NCBI RefSeq assembly: GCF_004010195.1
Contig: NC_057753.1
Coordinates: 1,306,760-1,370,759 of the forward strand
Direction of reading: 5' to 3'
From: Chiloscyllium plagiosum
Lineage: Eukaryota
DNA length: 64,000 nt
Shown here in pieces: positions 26,106-38,520 of this stretch. The stretch's first letter is position 1, and each line of letters opens with the position of its first letter. Made by a program: the position numbers and the translations under genes. The notes under the pieces are model-generated. The model was not told where the DNA came from. It worked only from the letters and a program-made list of their open reading frames with translations, and searched no databases.

Positions 26106-27227
26106 TTGGATCAGCAGACATATTATCGACATGGAACCATAAATTTTTTGTTGTTGATGCAATTCCATTTGCTATTGACTGCCACCAACCAGACAAAGAA
26201 AAGCGGAATGCAGGAAAGCCCTGTATTGCAGTACAGGAAGAACATCTATTGCATCTTGTTTCACAAAATGGAGGCATCAGCATTTTTTTCGAGATCTAAT
26301 CCATCATGGATTAAATAGCTCATGTGGCTATTCGACAGCAAAGTTAAAAAAATGACTGCAGAGGCCGTGTACGAACTTGGAGATTTTGTTTTATGTAAGG
26401 CATTTTAATGAATCAATGGTGTTTTACGATATAGTCTCATGGTCACTATTGGTAAGCGTAATTCCAGACTTGTTACTGGACCTTCAATACCAGCAGCAAC
26501 TGTGATGAAACATCAACTGAGTTCACCAATCTGGATCTCTGGTTTAACGGTCCAATCATATTCTCGTCATACCACTTTAATGTCCATTTTGATGGCTGCA
26601 AAAATGAAAGCCGTGCCAATGATGTGAAATGACGAAAATGTGATGAAATATTGTCAAATGTGCAAGAAGACCGGAGTCATTCCAGCAAACAGTTCCAATA
26701 GTCAAATCGACAAGTAAAAAAGGAATGAATGACATTTCTAACAACACGTGAGAGAAGAAAAGGTTGAGAGTCGAGTGAAAGTTCAGAGTGGCAAGAAGCC
26801 AGTCGTTGTGGTAGAGTCTTTAGTGTTTGGAGACAGCTCAGTTTCCATTAGTCTGCTGAGACTCTGAAACCAGGTTTTAGGTTCGGACAATGGGCAAAGA
26901 GATGGATCAAAAAACTTTGGAACTGATGTTTTGGCAGGCACAAAAAAAATGCTTTGGTGGTCAGTATACTACTTAGTTTTTGGGGATTTTGTTCGTGCAC
27001 TTGTACGTATCATACAAGCATTATTCGGAGAGCAGCCGTGGAGTAAAAATACATGTTGTTGAGGGATAGCCAGGTGACACCAACATATGTGTGGAAACTA
27101 CATTTGTAGATAATCTCGGAGTAAGTGATCAAAACAATAGTAGAGGACGTAAAACTTTGGGAACCAGGCGTATTGCATTGCTCACATGTCACTCTGGATA
27201 ATAAACATATTTGGATCAAGTATTTGG

Positions 27228-27357
27228 AGGAGAAAGTGAGGTCTGCAGATGCTGGAGATCAAAGTTGAAACTTTATTGCTGGAACAGCACAGCAGGTCAG
27301 GCAGCATCCAGGGAACAGGAGATTCGACGTTTCGGGCACAGGCCCTTCTTCAGGAAT
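27228..27357 (-). mobile_element. Short Penelope-derived element
   Basis: Same family as 12914 and the 31009 terminus. Confidence 0.8.
27322..27357 (-). ncRNA. Minimal type I hammerhead ribozyme motif
   Basis: Minus strand reads AUUC-CUGAAGA-A-GGGC(CUGU)GCCC-GAAA-C-GUC^GAAU: complete core, 4-bp helix II, 4-bp helix I (AUUC/GAAU), loop-less helix III. Confidence 0.7.
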
Positions 27358-27556
27358 GGATTTGGATTTGGATCCTTACGAGTATGGAAGTCTTTAGATT
27401 TTGTTTCTTGATTTATAACAATCTCAAAGCCACATTAGGAATTCTATCTTGGTCGAGAAATGCCAGTTACCCTTCATGAGTTTCTCAGAATGTTCATATC
27501 AGATTCAGTTGCTTCGAGTTTGGCTTAAACGTTTTACATATCTACAGGAAACTATA

Positions 27557-27934
27557 CTAACATGATTTGGAAGTCTCATTTAGAACATGTGAATAATTAA
27601 TCAATGTTGGTTTGCTATGGGGATTAGTTTAACTCCTCATTAAATTGCGGCTGAAGGATGAGTGACGCGCGAAACAGGAGTAAATAATACCCCTATTCCA
27701 CACTGCTACAGTGAGTTTCAGTCTACTGGCAATGGAGCCAGGGCTTTTCCCCTTCTGCTGTGCAGTGGGCTCTGGTCCCCTGGGTCTTAACCTGTATGTT
27801 AGAAATCCAGCCGACGAAAATCTCTGCAGGATAATAGTTGTTCATCGAACACAGCAGGATAGCCTTCTTCTCAGTGTCAATATCGGCCGTGGATGGGTTC
27901 AGAATGTAAACTTTATGAGAATGTATTTCACCAA
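27557..27934 (-). pseudogene. Decayed terminal Ig heavy-chain C exon + secretory tail (IgW-like or divergent IgNAR C5)
   Basis: Acceptor ttcttttgacag|TT; VGEIHSHKVYILNPSTADIDTEKKAILLCSMNNYYPAEIFVGW…(frameshift)…SIASRLKLTVAVWNRGIIYSCFARHSSFSRNLMRS*TNPHSKPTLINYSHVLNETSKSC*. Confidence 0.85.
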
Positions 27935-28329
27935 CTGTCAAAAGAACAATACTTGGCTGAGTGCGTTTTTATACAGGTTTCACGTCACTTCTTTTAATGT
28001 TTGTTACTAACAGTACACACGTGGTGGTGTGGAAATATCTTCTACCTCAAAAATGTGCACACATCTCCAATTGTTCTCTGACGTAACTCATGTGCTTAAT
28101 TCTGGTGGTTTTACTTTACTCTCATGCTCAATTGCCAGACCTTCTAGTCGATCAACTTTTAAAAAAAAAACTGAACCTGGTGGAATCAGTCAATTTGTCG
28201 CATTTTCAGATTAGTATTTACAGAATGCAGAATGTCAAGAATATAACATTACATGTTCCAGTATATATGAGCAGTCAATGTGGAAAGTGGATGGGTTACT
28301 ACAACAGTAGCTCATTTTATCTGCACCTA

Positions 28330-28946
28330 AACCACAACTGACCTGAACATTCTTTGACACTATGAGCAAATGGCATAGCCAATTCATCCAACCTGGAAAT
28401 CTCTGAACTGTGGGAGTAAATCTACGTAGACATGTGGAGAATGCGCAAACACGTCTGCAGATAATCACCGAGGAATAGAAGAATGGTTCCCGGCACTAGA
28501 GACAGCAGTGCTAATCACTGATCCACTGAGTCACCATGCCAGAACTGTAGGGGGACATATTGGTTAGATTTGCTGCCTCACTGCATCAGGGATCTTAGTT
28601 GGATTCCTGGCTAAGGCAAGCGTCTGTGTCGAGTTTGCATGTCTCCCGGTGTCTGTGAGCATTTCCATGCAATCTAAAAATCTGTAGGTTAGGTAGATAT
28701 TGGCCATGCTAAAATTTGCTATGTTGTGTCCAGATTAGGTGGGTTAGCCATATTAAAAGAAACACTATGAAGTGACGGGAAATGGGTAGTTTGGATGGAA
28801 TGATCCTCGGGTCGGTGCAAGTACAATGGGATGAGTGGTTAGAAATGCTGGCTTATAATACCAGCTTGTCTTCCAGACATGGGCGATAGTCTGTGTGGAG
28901 TTCCTACGTTACACTATGCCTGCGTGACTTTCCTCTGGTGCTCAGG
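28330..28946. mobile_element. Three HE1-type SINE copies/fragments (28330-28535 minus; 28550-28835 and 28865-28946 plus)
   Basis: gtctgtgt(c/g)gagtt core and tRNA-like heads; the last fragment replaces the 3' end of the C4-like exon. Confidence 0.7.
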
Positions 28947-29228
28947 CCCTAGAGAACGTTTTCTCTGGTGTTGGATTTCTTTGTTTTTCCCAAGCCGCTC
29001 CCGTTATTTAAAGCTTGCTCATAATGGCGAATTTACTTCCATTCCACTGAGGATTTCTAGTCGCCACTCTTTCCGTTCTCCTGCTCCTATCCACTTGGCA
29101 GAACATAGTGATGCTTTCCAAGTCGCTGCAGATGATTTCACATGCAATGGTCGCTGTCTATTTTGGCCAAATCTCTTTAATGAAATTTTTCATTGTGTTG
29201 ACAGAAATGTCCATCTCGCAACAAATAT
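28947..29228 (-). pseudogene. Decayed penultimate Ig C exon (IgNAR C4 / IgW homolog)
   Basis: Acceptor tcgttttcag|AT; DICCEMDISVNTMKNFIKEIWPK*TATIACEIICSDLESITMFCQVD…NPQWNGSKFAIMSKL*ITGAAWE, then internal deletion of the F-strand YxC, then PTPEKTFSR. Confidence 0.85.
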
Positions 29229-31008
29229 CTGAAAACGATAACGAATAGCTATTTGTCACAGCAATTCCAAGATATGTCAGAAAAAAAGTACTGAATATTA
29301 TTGCGAGTTTTCTCCTGTTAGATCAGGATACTTAAACCCCTGTCTTTAATGAAGTCGTTTATCGTTTTCAGCAATATATTTGATAATCTTTCCTCCAATT
29401 TTAGGGGTTTCTGAATTATAATGAGAAGCGAGTTCCCATTCTGATGTTATAAATGTTCCTCGATTAAGCTGATCAGTTTTGCTTTATGGCCTGTGTGAGG
29501 TGGATCAAAGATAACTTCGCCAAGTTAACTGAAAGTCTCATCCACTCCTGTGCACAAATTAAGCTGCCTTAACCAGCCAATCGAAGAAAGTGGAAACATT
29601 GCATCGTGTCTTCAGATTTCGTGCATCCATTAGTAGTGTTTCTTGTCTCTTTGCGACAGTGAAAAACTTTGGAAAAGCACCCGATAAACTCTTCTGGTAC
29701 TTAGTTCTAGGAGAAAAAAGTGCTGTCAGAAACAGTAAAATGTATCCCTCTCGTTTAAAAGTGAGAATCCCGAGGAAATATTTAATATTAGCTGCACATT
29801 CTGTATCCAAATACGATGGATGATGACATTGTCAATATTAATGACAAGAAAATCAGATGTAGCAAAAGAGGCAGACTATTCAGCTCATCGAGTCTGCTCC
29901 ATTAAATCAATGTAGTCGTTGTTGATCCTCAACTCCGTTTTCTTGCCTTTTTCTAATTACATTTTTTTCCATTACTGATCGAAAAGTCATCACAAGATTC
30001 ATACAGATTGAATTTGAACCTCTGTCTTTTCTCTTCCCCGCCCTCGGCTCATGTAGTCTGAATGATTCATATTATGTTTAAAAATATTTCACTAGATTCT
30101 TCCAATAGTCTCAGATGTGTAAACCACATTTGAATGCCCATTTACATTGTGTGTTACATATTTCCTCCATTGACCAATCATCTGCATGAGCATTGTGGAG
30201 ATTAACTTCAATTTTGAAATTTTATTTATGGTGTTTAATCCCCGTCATTGCTATCCCATTCTTGTTTTTTCTTCCATGGAAACCTTCGCCAACCTCTTCT
30301 CGAAAATCCTATCCTCCATTCGTGGATTTCAGATTATTGTGTCTCTGATATCCTAGAAATCGTGATGGATGTTTCTCATGATATCTTTTGGCTTCACCCT
30401 CGAGTCAATATTATCTGTATGACGGTGATCTTGCTTCCTAATGTGCCTGAAGGATTGAAAGACATTCCTCGCCATGACAAGTGGTTGAGCGAGATTAGGT
30501 GCATGGTTTCCCAACTTGAACAACAGCTGCATTCACCTCTGTGAATACAGGAGGTTCAAATTGTCTTAATCGGCATCTCCGGGGGTGAACAACACACTGT
30601 TGTCCAGAATAGGTGTGATTGGAATGGCAAAATGAATAATGTAAAGCAATGCATTGGTAGCTTCATTAGAATTAGGTAATAAAAAATGGAGGCGAAATGC
30701 AGACCCTGTGCAAAGATCTTCTGCAGCAAATAATTAGGAAAATAACTTCGATTGGGGACATTGTAATTTCCAGTTTATCTAAGGAGCTGGATGGTGAATT
30801 AATAAAAGGTGTACTGTCGTTCTGGTTTCAATGTGCAGCAGTTTATTGAACAGGAACATTTTGAGGTAGGGTGGAGGCAGTAAGTTAAAGCGAACGAATT
30901 GTAGATTGAAAATTATTAATCCAAGATAACAGGTATTCACGGAAGTTAATGAATGGATTAAATGGAAAGTCTTACTTTATAAAGAAAATAAACTGTTCTT
31001 GAACTGTG

Positions 31009-31565
31009 CTTAAAACGTGTTGCTGGAAAAACGCAGCGGGTCAGGCAGCATCCAAGGAACAGGAGAATCGACGTTTCGGGCATAAGCCCTTCTTCAGGAA
31101 TGAGGAAAGTGTGCCCAGCAGGCTACGATAAAAGGTAAGGAGGAGGGACTTGGGGGAGGGGCGTTGGAAATGCGATAGGTGGAAGGAAGTCAAGGTGAGG
31201 GTGATAGGCCGGAGTGGGGTGGGGGCGGAGAGGTCAGGAAGAATATTGCAGGTTAGGAAGGCGGTGCTGAGTTCGAGGGATTTGACTGAGACAAGGTGGG
31301 GGGAAGGGAAATGAGGAAACTGGAGAAATCTGAGTTCATCCCTTGTGGTGGGAGGGTTCCTAGGTGGAAGATGAGGCGCTCTTCCTCCAACCGTCGTGTT
31401 GCTATGGTCTGGCGATGGAGGAATCCAACGAACTGCATGTCCTTGGTGGAGTGGGAGGGGGAGTTGAAGTGTTGAGCCACGGGGTGGTTGGGTTGGTTGG
31501 TCCGGGTGTCCCAGAGGTGTTCTCTGAAACGTTCCGCAAGTAGGCGGCCAGTCTCCCCGATATAG
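31009..31565 (-). mobile_element. Penelope-like element fragment (GIY-YIG endonuclease C-part + hammerhead terminus), 15-bp TSD
   Basis: YIGETGRLLAERFREHL…PVAQHFNSPSHS…RRLEEERLIFHLGTLPPQGMNSDF; hammerhead core at 31066-31101; flanks TGTTCTTGAACTGTG (30994-31008) and TGTTCTTGAACCGTG (31566-31580). Confidence 0.9.
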
Positions 31566-31739
31566 TGTTCTTGAACCGTGGAAAGAAAAGTTACTTTAAC
31601 GTTCAGAAGCAGATTCTATGTTAAAATGAAGGAATAGAAGAATGCTACATTGTTGGCTGTGTCCAAAAGCCAAGCAATCATGGGGGAAGGAATGGCGCAA
31701 ATTTGTGCAACTTACAAAAGTACGACTCAGAAGTACATG

Positions 31740-32010
31740 GTTCTCTCTCGCCCTGCGCCTTTTCTCTTATTATCTCTCTCTCTCTCTCTCCTCCTTGCTC
31801 ACTCTGTCTCTTATGTACATTAGCGCTGGTTTCCCTTCCAGCCTCTATGTCATATTTTCACTGTTTCCCTGTGCCCCTCTCCACCTCTTTCTCATTGTTT
31901 CACATTCTTTCACACATCCTTCTTGTTTTCATATTATTTTCCACTCTCTCGGAACCCGTCAACGACGTTTAACTCTTTCTCCATCTCTCAGTCCGTTGCT
32001 TTCTCTCGAA
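31740..32010. repeat. CT-rich low-complexity tract
   Basis: (TC)n core and pyrimidine-biased flanks. Confidence 0.7.
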
Positions 32011-32249
32011 TACCGTAGTAACGTTCAAATGTCTATCCGTAGTAATATTGCAATGTTGGAGCAAGAAGTGCTAGAGAATAGAATGTTTTTCAGCTGGAAC
32101 AGGGTCTGACAACGCACACCAGCTCACTACTTCATTTAATTTGGAAGAAACACGTTCCAGGCAATTGAGCTCTTTGGCCTACTCTGGAATAATAACTGAC
32201 CCTTCAGGACCCCTCCCTCCATAACCAAAGAAAATGTAAAGAGTGACTG

Positions 32250-32810
32250 CTTTTGTGGCAAAGTGCTAATATCTGTACTTTGAATCAGGAGGCTCAGAGA
32301 TCAAGTCCAATTTGCTCAACGGACGTGTCATAATATTAGTAAATGGTTAATATAGAAAAATCTTATAACAATGTAAAGAGGCATCACTGAACCAGCAGGT
32401 CATACTTGAAGTCCCACCACCTTCAGAGGTGCATAGTAGCATCTCTGAATAACTTGACTGTAGAATTACAATGGAAGTGTAAAGTGTAATGCTCTTGGGA
32501 TAGAAAAGTTGTGGGTTCCAATCCTTGGTTCAAATCCCAGCTGCTAGGTGGTGTAATGACATCTCTTTTGATTTAAGTTAATACATTTAATAGGTGTCTC
32601 TGAACAAGGAGGCTCCGGTTTAATACAAACCTGCTCCTTTTGTGTACAATAACATAACTGAACAGGTTTATTAGAAAACATAGAGAAAAGGTGTAAAGAG
32701 CCCTTTCAGCATAGTGGTAGTGTCCCTATCTGTGGGCTGTAGACGCCTGGATTCAAGCCTCCTCTGCTCCACAGGTGTGTAACATCACCTCTGAACCTAA
32801 TGAGGTAAAA
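32250..32810 (+). repeat. Head-to-tail array of ~5 degenerate short tRNA-like SINE units
   Basis: Recurrent …tcaagtcc/gttcaaatccc…ctgctcc…gtgt…aacatctctgaac…tagaa unit; best copy 32705-32796 (agcatagtggtagtgtccct…ggattcaagcctcc). Confidence 0.65.
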
Positions 32811-32929
32811 CAATGCAAAACAAGATTTGCTTGTAGGGGAAAAATATCTGTCTATTGTCTCAAAGAGCACTTTCGGTTGCAGATGGTAATGTTTCTGCGG
32901 AGTCTGCGGGCTGCAGTGCTAAGTGACTT

Positions 32930-34230
32930 CCCTTGAGCGTTGTCAATGGCCTTTTTATTTATGATAGTCTGTATGAGGATCCTGTTTCAATGTTGGGAGG
33001 CTCGCTGTATGATACGTACGTTAACGACTTGAATGACGGTATAGAAGCTCGAATTAGCATGTTTTCTAATGACTCAACAACTGGTGGTATTGCTGGTAGT
33101 AAGCAGAGTTGTGTCAAAACAGAGTCTGATATTGATCATCTGGTAAATTGGGCAGAATATTGACGGATGGAATTTAACTCCATAGAATATAAAGGAACAC
33201 ATTTTGGGAAATTGAATAAGGGAAAGATATATGCGACGAATTTTACGGCCTTGGGTATTCCTGAGGAACAAAGTGACCTTGGTATATACACCTATAGATC
33301 CCTGAAGTTGTACATACAGTGGAGTGGCAAAGAAAGCGTATAGGATACTTGCCCTCAAAAGCCAAGGCATAGAATAGCGGAGAAAATAAGTCTTGTTACA
33401 ACTTTAGAAAAGGAATTGGTTTGATCCCAGATGTAATATTGTGTACAGATGTGGTTGAGAGGAGGTAGACGAAATTCACCAGAATGTTATCTGGGATGAA
33501 AGTAATGAAGAGAGACTGAACAGGTAAGAATTATTTTCACTGCAGCAGAAGAGGCTGATGGGGTGGGAGTAGATCTGATTGCGGTGCACACAACTATAAG
33601 ACGCATAAGCAGACAACATTGAACGAATACCTACAGTATCGGAACAGGCCACTCAGCCCAACAAGACTTCACCGACCCTCCGAAGAGTATTGCATCCGAA
33701 CCCATTCTGCATTACTTTACATTTACCACTGACTAATGAACCTATTCATCCCTGAACACTATGGGCAATTTATCACAGCCGATTGACCCAATTTGCACAC
33801 CTTTGGATTGTGGGAGGAAACTGGAGCACCCTAAGGAAACCCACACAGACACGTGGAAAACTTGCAAACTCCACACAGAGAGTTGCCAGAGATTGGAATC
33901 GAACTCGGGTCTCTGGCGCTGTGAAGCAGCGAATCATTGAGCCACTGAACTAACACGAGTTGTGAGGTTGTGAGATTTTATTTCCCTCTCGAAACACCAT
34001 ATGGCATAAATGTAAAGTGAGGAGTAAGTGACTTTAGGTTGATCTGAGGAAAATTTCTTCGACTCAGAGGGTGCAGGAATATAGAATATGCTGCCTGAGA
34101 GAGTGGTGGAGACAGTCACAAAACATTTACGAAGCATCTGGCTGAGTAATTAACATGCATGTGCACGGTAAGGTGTACAACGAGCGCAGTTAAAAGGGAT
34201 TAGTGCAGTTTGGTGTTTGTCTCGTATAGA
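32930..34230 (+). mobile_element. Old CR1 3' portion interrupted by a SINE
   Basis: YVNDLNDGIEARISMFSNDS… RT motifs; resumes after 33950 to the 3' tail. Confidence 0.7.
33620..33950 (-). mobile_element. HE1-type SINE
   Basis: Reverse complement contains gtggctcaatg A box, gagttcgattcc B box and gtgtggagtttgca core. Confidence 0.85.
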
Positions 34231-35594
34231 CACTCTTTTCTTTTAAATTTTAAAGCAGGTTGACAAATGAAAGTGAAACACATTAGTCGTCACACCGACA
34301 ATTGTGTAGGTAACATCAATGTTGCAAAATAACAAAAAAACAATAATTGGAGAAAATGCAACAAACAGACAATGCAGTAACTGTAAATGCACATTGCAGT
34401 TCCAGTCTCTAAAGGGCAACAAAGCTTGAGAAACTAATCTTGTTTTCTTCTTGATGAAGCAATGCAAGAAGCTATTGAAAGGAAGGGACGGTTGTGTTCC
34501 CTGAATTAGTTTTACGAAATGGCTTTATTACCATAGAAAAATGTATTTTTAAAACGAAAGGTCAGATTTTGGGAATGCAAATAACCATTCCCCGTGGGAA
34601 AATAGTGCTCTGACCCTAAAAAAGGAGGACACGCCAATTTTTCAGATTGCTCGAGGTGTTGCACTTTAAGGTGTACATAAAAGTTAAATTAGTTAGTGGT
34701 AAATCAAAACTCGGATCCTGCTGAAAAGAAGACCTTGTCCCGAGTATTATATTGTGCACTGAACAGATCAAATACATCAACAAGAATTTTCGAGTGATTG
34801 CACAAAATAGTACAGAGAGAAATGATTTTGACCTTTGGTTTTTCAGGTTGTTGAGATAATGTCAAAACTTAGCAGCACGTGTTTGAAAATTTGCAAAACT
34901 TCTTAAAGTGCCATAACTTCGCTAACATTTCATCAGAGTTCATTGAGCTATGAACTTGAATCATTTTTGACGTGTGTGGGGTGCGACGGGGAAAGATTCC
35001 CTGCAAACAGAGGAGGATATCATGCTCCCTACGTCTTTGGTGATTACCCAAGAACATGACAGGAGTAAAGCTGCCGGTTATTTTGTGAATGGCAATGCAT
35101 CGGCTGATCAAGTTGAATTCCCAATAAATCAGCACCATTTTCATGTCCATACATGAGCAGGAGATGGTTGATGGGCTCAGACGCTACATTTATTATATCG
35201 GCATAATTAACTAACTTATCTTCTTGTAAGGCAGTACAAGATGTTTATAGAAGGAAACGGGTGCTTTCAAAGAAGGTGTGGAGAAAGACTGCGGCAGTTT
35301 CTAAAACTTGGCTGATGCATTTTCAAATCAGAAAGCATGGAAAGACTCCCTGCAGACCAGAAAAAAGTGCACTTAGAATATTTTTGCTCGAGCAAAGGAA
35401 GAGAAAGTGTAAACGATAAAAGAGACTAAGATGAGCTTCTATGCACACCAATAACACCCAGTCGGAAGACCTACTAAATAGTCGATAAGCGATTTTAAGT
35501 TCAGTTGGGTTGAAACATTACGAATAGAGTGAGATGTTTAATTTTTGCTCAGATTGCGATATTGTGTTCGATGCTTCTTGGTACCTTTTCACGT

Positions 35595-38520
35595 GTAGAG
35601 TCACAGAGTCATACAACATGGAAACAGACTCTTCACTCCAACATTCCACACTGAACATAACCCCAAACTGAACTAGTCGACTTGGCTGTGCTCCCCTCAT
35701 ATCCTTCCAAACATTTCTTATTTATGTGCGTGTCTAAATGTCTTAGAAACGTCATTCAACACTTCCCCTTGATATTCATCCCACACAAGAACCACTCTCT
35801 GTGTAAATGAGTTTCTTCTTATGTCTTTTCAGAATGTTTTGCTTCTCACCTTCAAAATATGCCCTCCAGTCTTGAAATCCACCACCCAAGAGAAAAGGCA
35901 CCTGCTGTTAACCTTACCTTTACATCTTAAGCTTTTATAAATCTGTATAAGGGCACCTTGCAATCTCCTACGTTCGAAGGAAAAACGTTCCAGCATATCC
36001 AGCCTCTCATTCAAATGCAAACACTGTATTCCAGGCAACGTCTTGGTTAATCTCTTTTGAATCCTCTCCAGCATGATGCTGTGGAGAGATCAGAACTGGA
36101 CACAGTTATCCAGAGGAATCCTCACGAATGTGCAACACAATCTTAACAAAATATCCCAACCCATGTACAGAAAGGTCTGAGCAATGAATACAAACATGAC
36201 AAACGTCTTCTGAGCAACCTTATCAATATGTGAAGCAAACTTCAAAGAATTATGTCCCCAAACCGTACCTGTCAGGCGTATAGGTCTATAGTTCCCAAGT
36301 TCCAACTGAAATCCCTGATTTAAAAAAAAGGAAAAACGTTATTCAATCTCTAGTCATTCGGCAGATCAAACGTATTTATATCCAATAGAAATACTTCTGC
36401 AAGGGCCTCAGCCGTTTCCTCCCTTATCTTCCCACAATGTCCTTGGATACACGAGATATGGTCTCTGAGATTTATCCAAAACTATATTTTCAAAGACGTC
36501 CAGGACTTCCCCTTCTGTTGATGAATGATTTCAAAAAACAATATTTACTTTTTGAAATTTTCTAGTATCTGTTATTTATCTCCACAGGAAGAAAACTGGT
36601 AGATAATATTCATTTCATATCTGTCCCATTTCCTGAGGTTCAACACAAGGAAACCTCGTTAATGTTTAAATGCGATATACTTTCAACCTAGTTGTTCTTT
36701 TGTTCTCAGTAGACTTGCAGAATATTTTTTTGGATTAGCCTTAACCATACGTACTCAGGCTATCCCATATACTCTATTCACCTTCGTGATCTCCAGCCTA
36801 AAAATGCCTCGTCATTCTTTACACTGTTCAAGAGATTTATTGGATCCCAGTTGTTTATGTTCAATATTTGGCTTTATTTTTCTTGACTCAATATGTTTTT
36901 GCATTCATTGTTTTCTCATTCTCCAACACTTGCCTTTCACTCTAATTGGATTGTAACGACTCTTAACTCTCGACATCACATTTTTGAATGCCTCCTACTT
37001 CCTATCAGACATCCCTTCACTAACGAACAGTCGACTCCATTCAATTTTTGAAAGCTCTTGTCTCATGCCAGGAGTATTTGCCTTTCTCCGAACAAATACG
37101 CAATTATTTCATGAAAGAATGGTCCTTTTCCATAACTACTTAACATATGTAGAATGATGATCACGAGATCCCAAACGTTCTCCTACACATAGTTTTGATA
37201 CTTGCCCTGTTTCTTTTTACCCAAGCTAAGGTCACTTTTTGCTCCTTCTGTAGAAGAAACATTCACTTACTGATAAGAAGAATTTTGTTTATCACATATA
37301 AAAAATTCTTCACCATCTAAACCGTTAACACTATGGTAGTCCCAAATCCTTGTTAAGGAAATTTAAAATCATCTGCTATTTTGACCTTATTATTCTTACA
37401 TACATCTAAGATCACTCGACATATTTTTTACTACATTTTCCTCTGACTGTTGAAAGATCTACAGTACAATTCCATCAGGATTATCATACCTTCTTTTATT
37501 TCTAATTCTAACTCTTATATTTTAACCAGAAGATTGTTGAGAAACATCTTTTCTAGATACCACAGCAATGTTTTCCATAAGCAAAACACCGGTCCCTCAC
37601 CTATTTTGCCTCTCTGTCATAACTTCCTACATCTTCTGTTATCCAAAACATTGAGCTATCAGACAGTCCATCCCTCAAGGATTCTGTCAGAGGTATGATT
37701 CCCCAATGCGATTTTGCCAAATCATCAGCCCTACTTGTGAGATGCCTTCCATTGAAATAAATGCAAATTAATTATTCAGTGTTCTTTCGTTCTTTGTCTT
37801 GTTTTTTCTGCCTTTTATAATCCATTTGTTATTTTCAGATTTAAATCCATCCTCATCTACCTCTCTATTTACTCTGCTACGTAGGATCCCTTCACCCCCT
37901 CTCTCTAACAGTTTACAGTATCCCTTAATATAATTTACAAATCTTCCCTCAAGAATAATCGTTCCTTTCCAGTATAGTTAAAACCATCCTATTTAAGCAG
38001 GACTTTTCTGCCCCAGAAGAGATGTCAAGGTTCCACAAACCCAAATCCCTGAACATTACACCCTCTTCAGCCATTGATTTTCCCCCTTTATCCTTTAATT
38101 CTTTTTTTAATTATAGTAAACCAGAGATTACTACTTTTAACGTTCTGTTTCGTAATCATCTACCTAACCTGTCATATACACTCTGTAAAGTCTTGATCAT
38201 TTCATTCTTACAGATGTCTGCAATAACTTTCGGTTTCTCACTCTCCCCTTCAATATTAAACTTCAAAGATTTGAGACTTCCTTATTCCTGGCGTGAAGAA
38301 GACATCCATCTATCCGACATTCACACGCACAGTCCTTAAAACGCGATTATTTAAATCTTTTTCATAAGGTTCAGTCTTCGTGTCCAAAATTTCATTGCTC
38401 ATCTATTTTGGTTGTAGAGACTATACTTTCCAACAGTACCCAAAACTGAGAATATGGTTGAGAGAGAAAAAGCCACAAGACAATTCTGAAGTGACTTCTT
38501 ACCTTTCTTGACAGTCACCG
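35595..38520 (-). mobile_element. CR1 LINE (3' part 35595-36250 plus older 5' ORF2/ORF1 remnant to ~38520)
   Basis: LERIQKRLTKTLPG…ERRRLQGALIQIYK; GNYRPIRLT; degenerate endonuclease-region DNA similar to 6400-6780. Confidence 0.75.

Noticed and set aside
32250-32810. CRISPR-like array or true tRNA gene cluster
   Set aside because: Vertebrate DNA; units are degenerate, lack identical repeats with unique spacers and do not form cloverleaves
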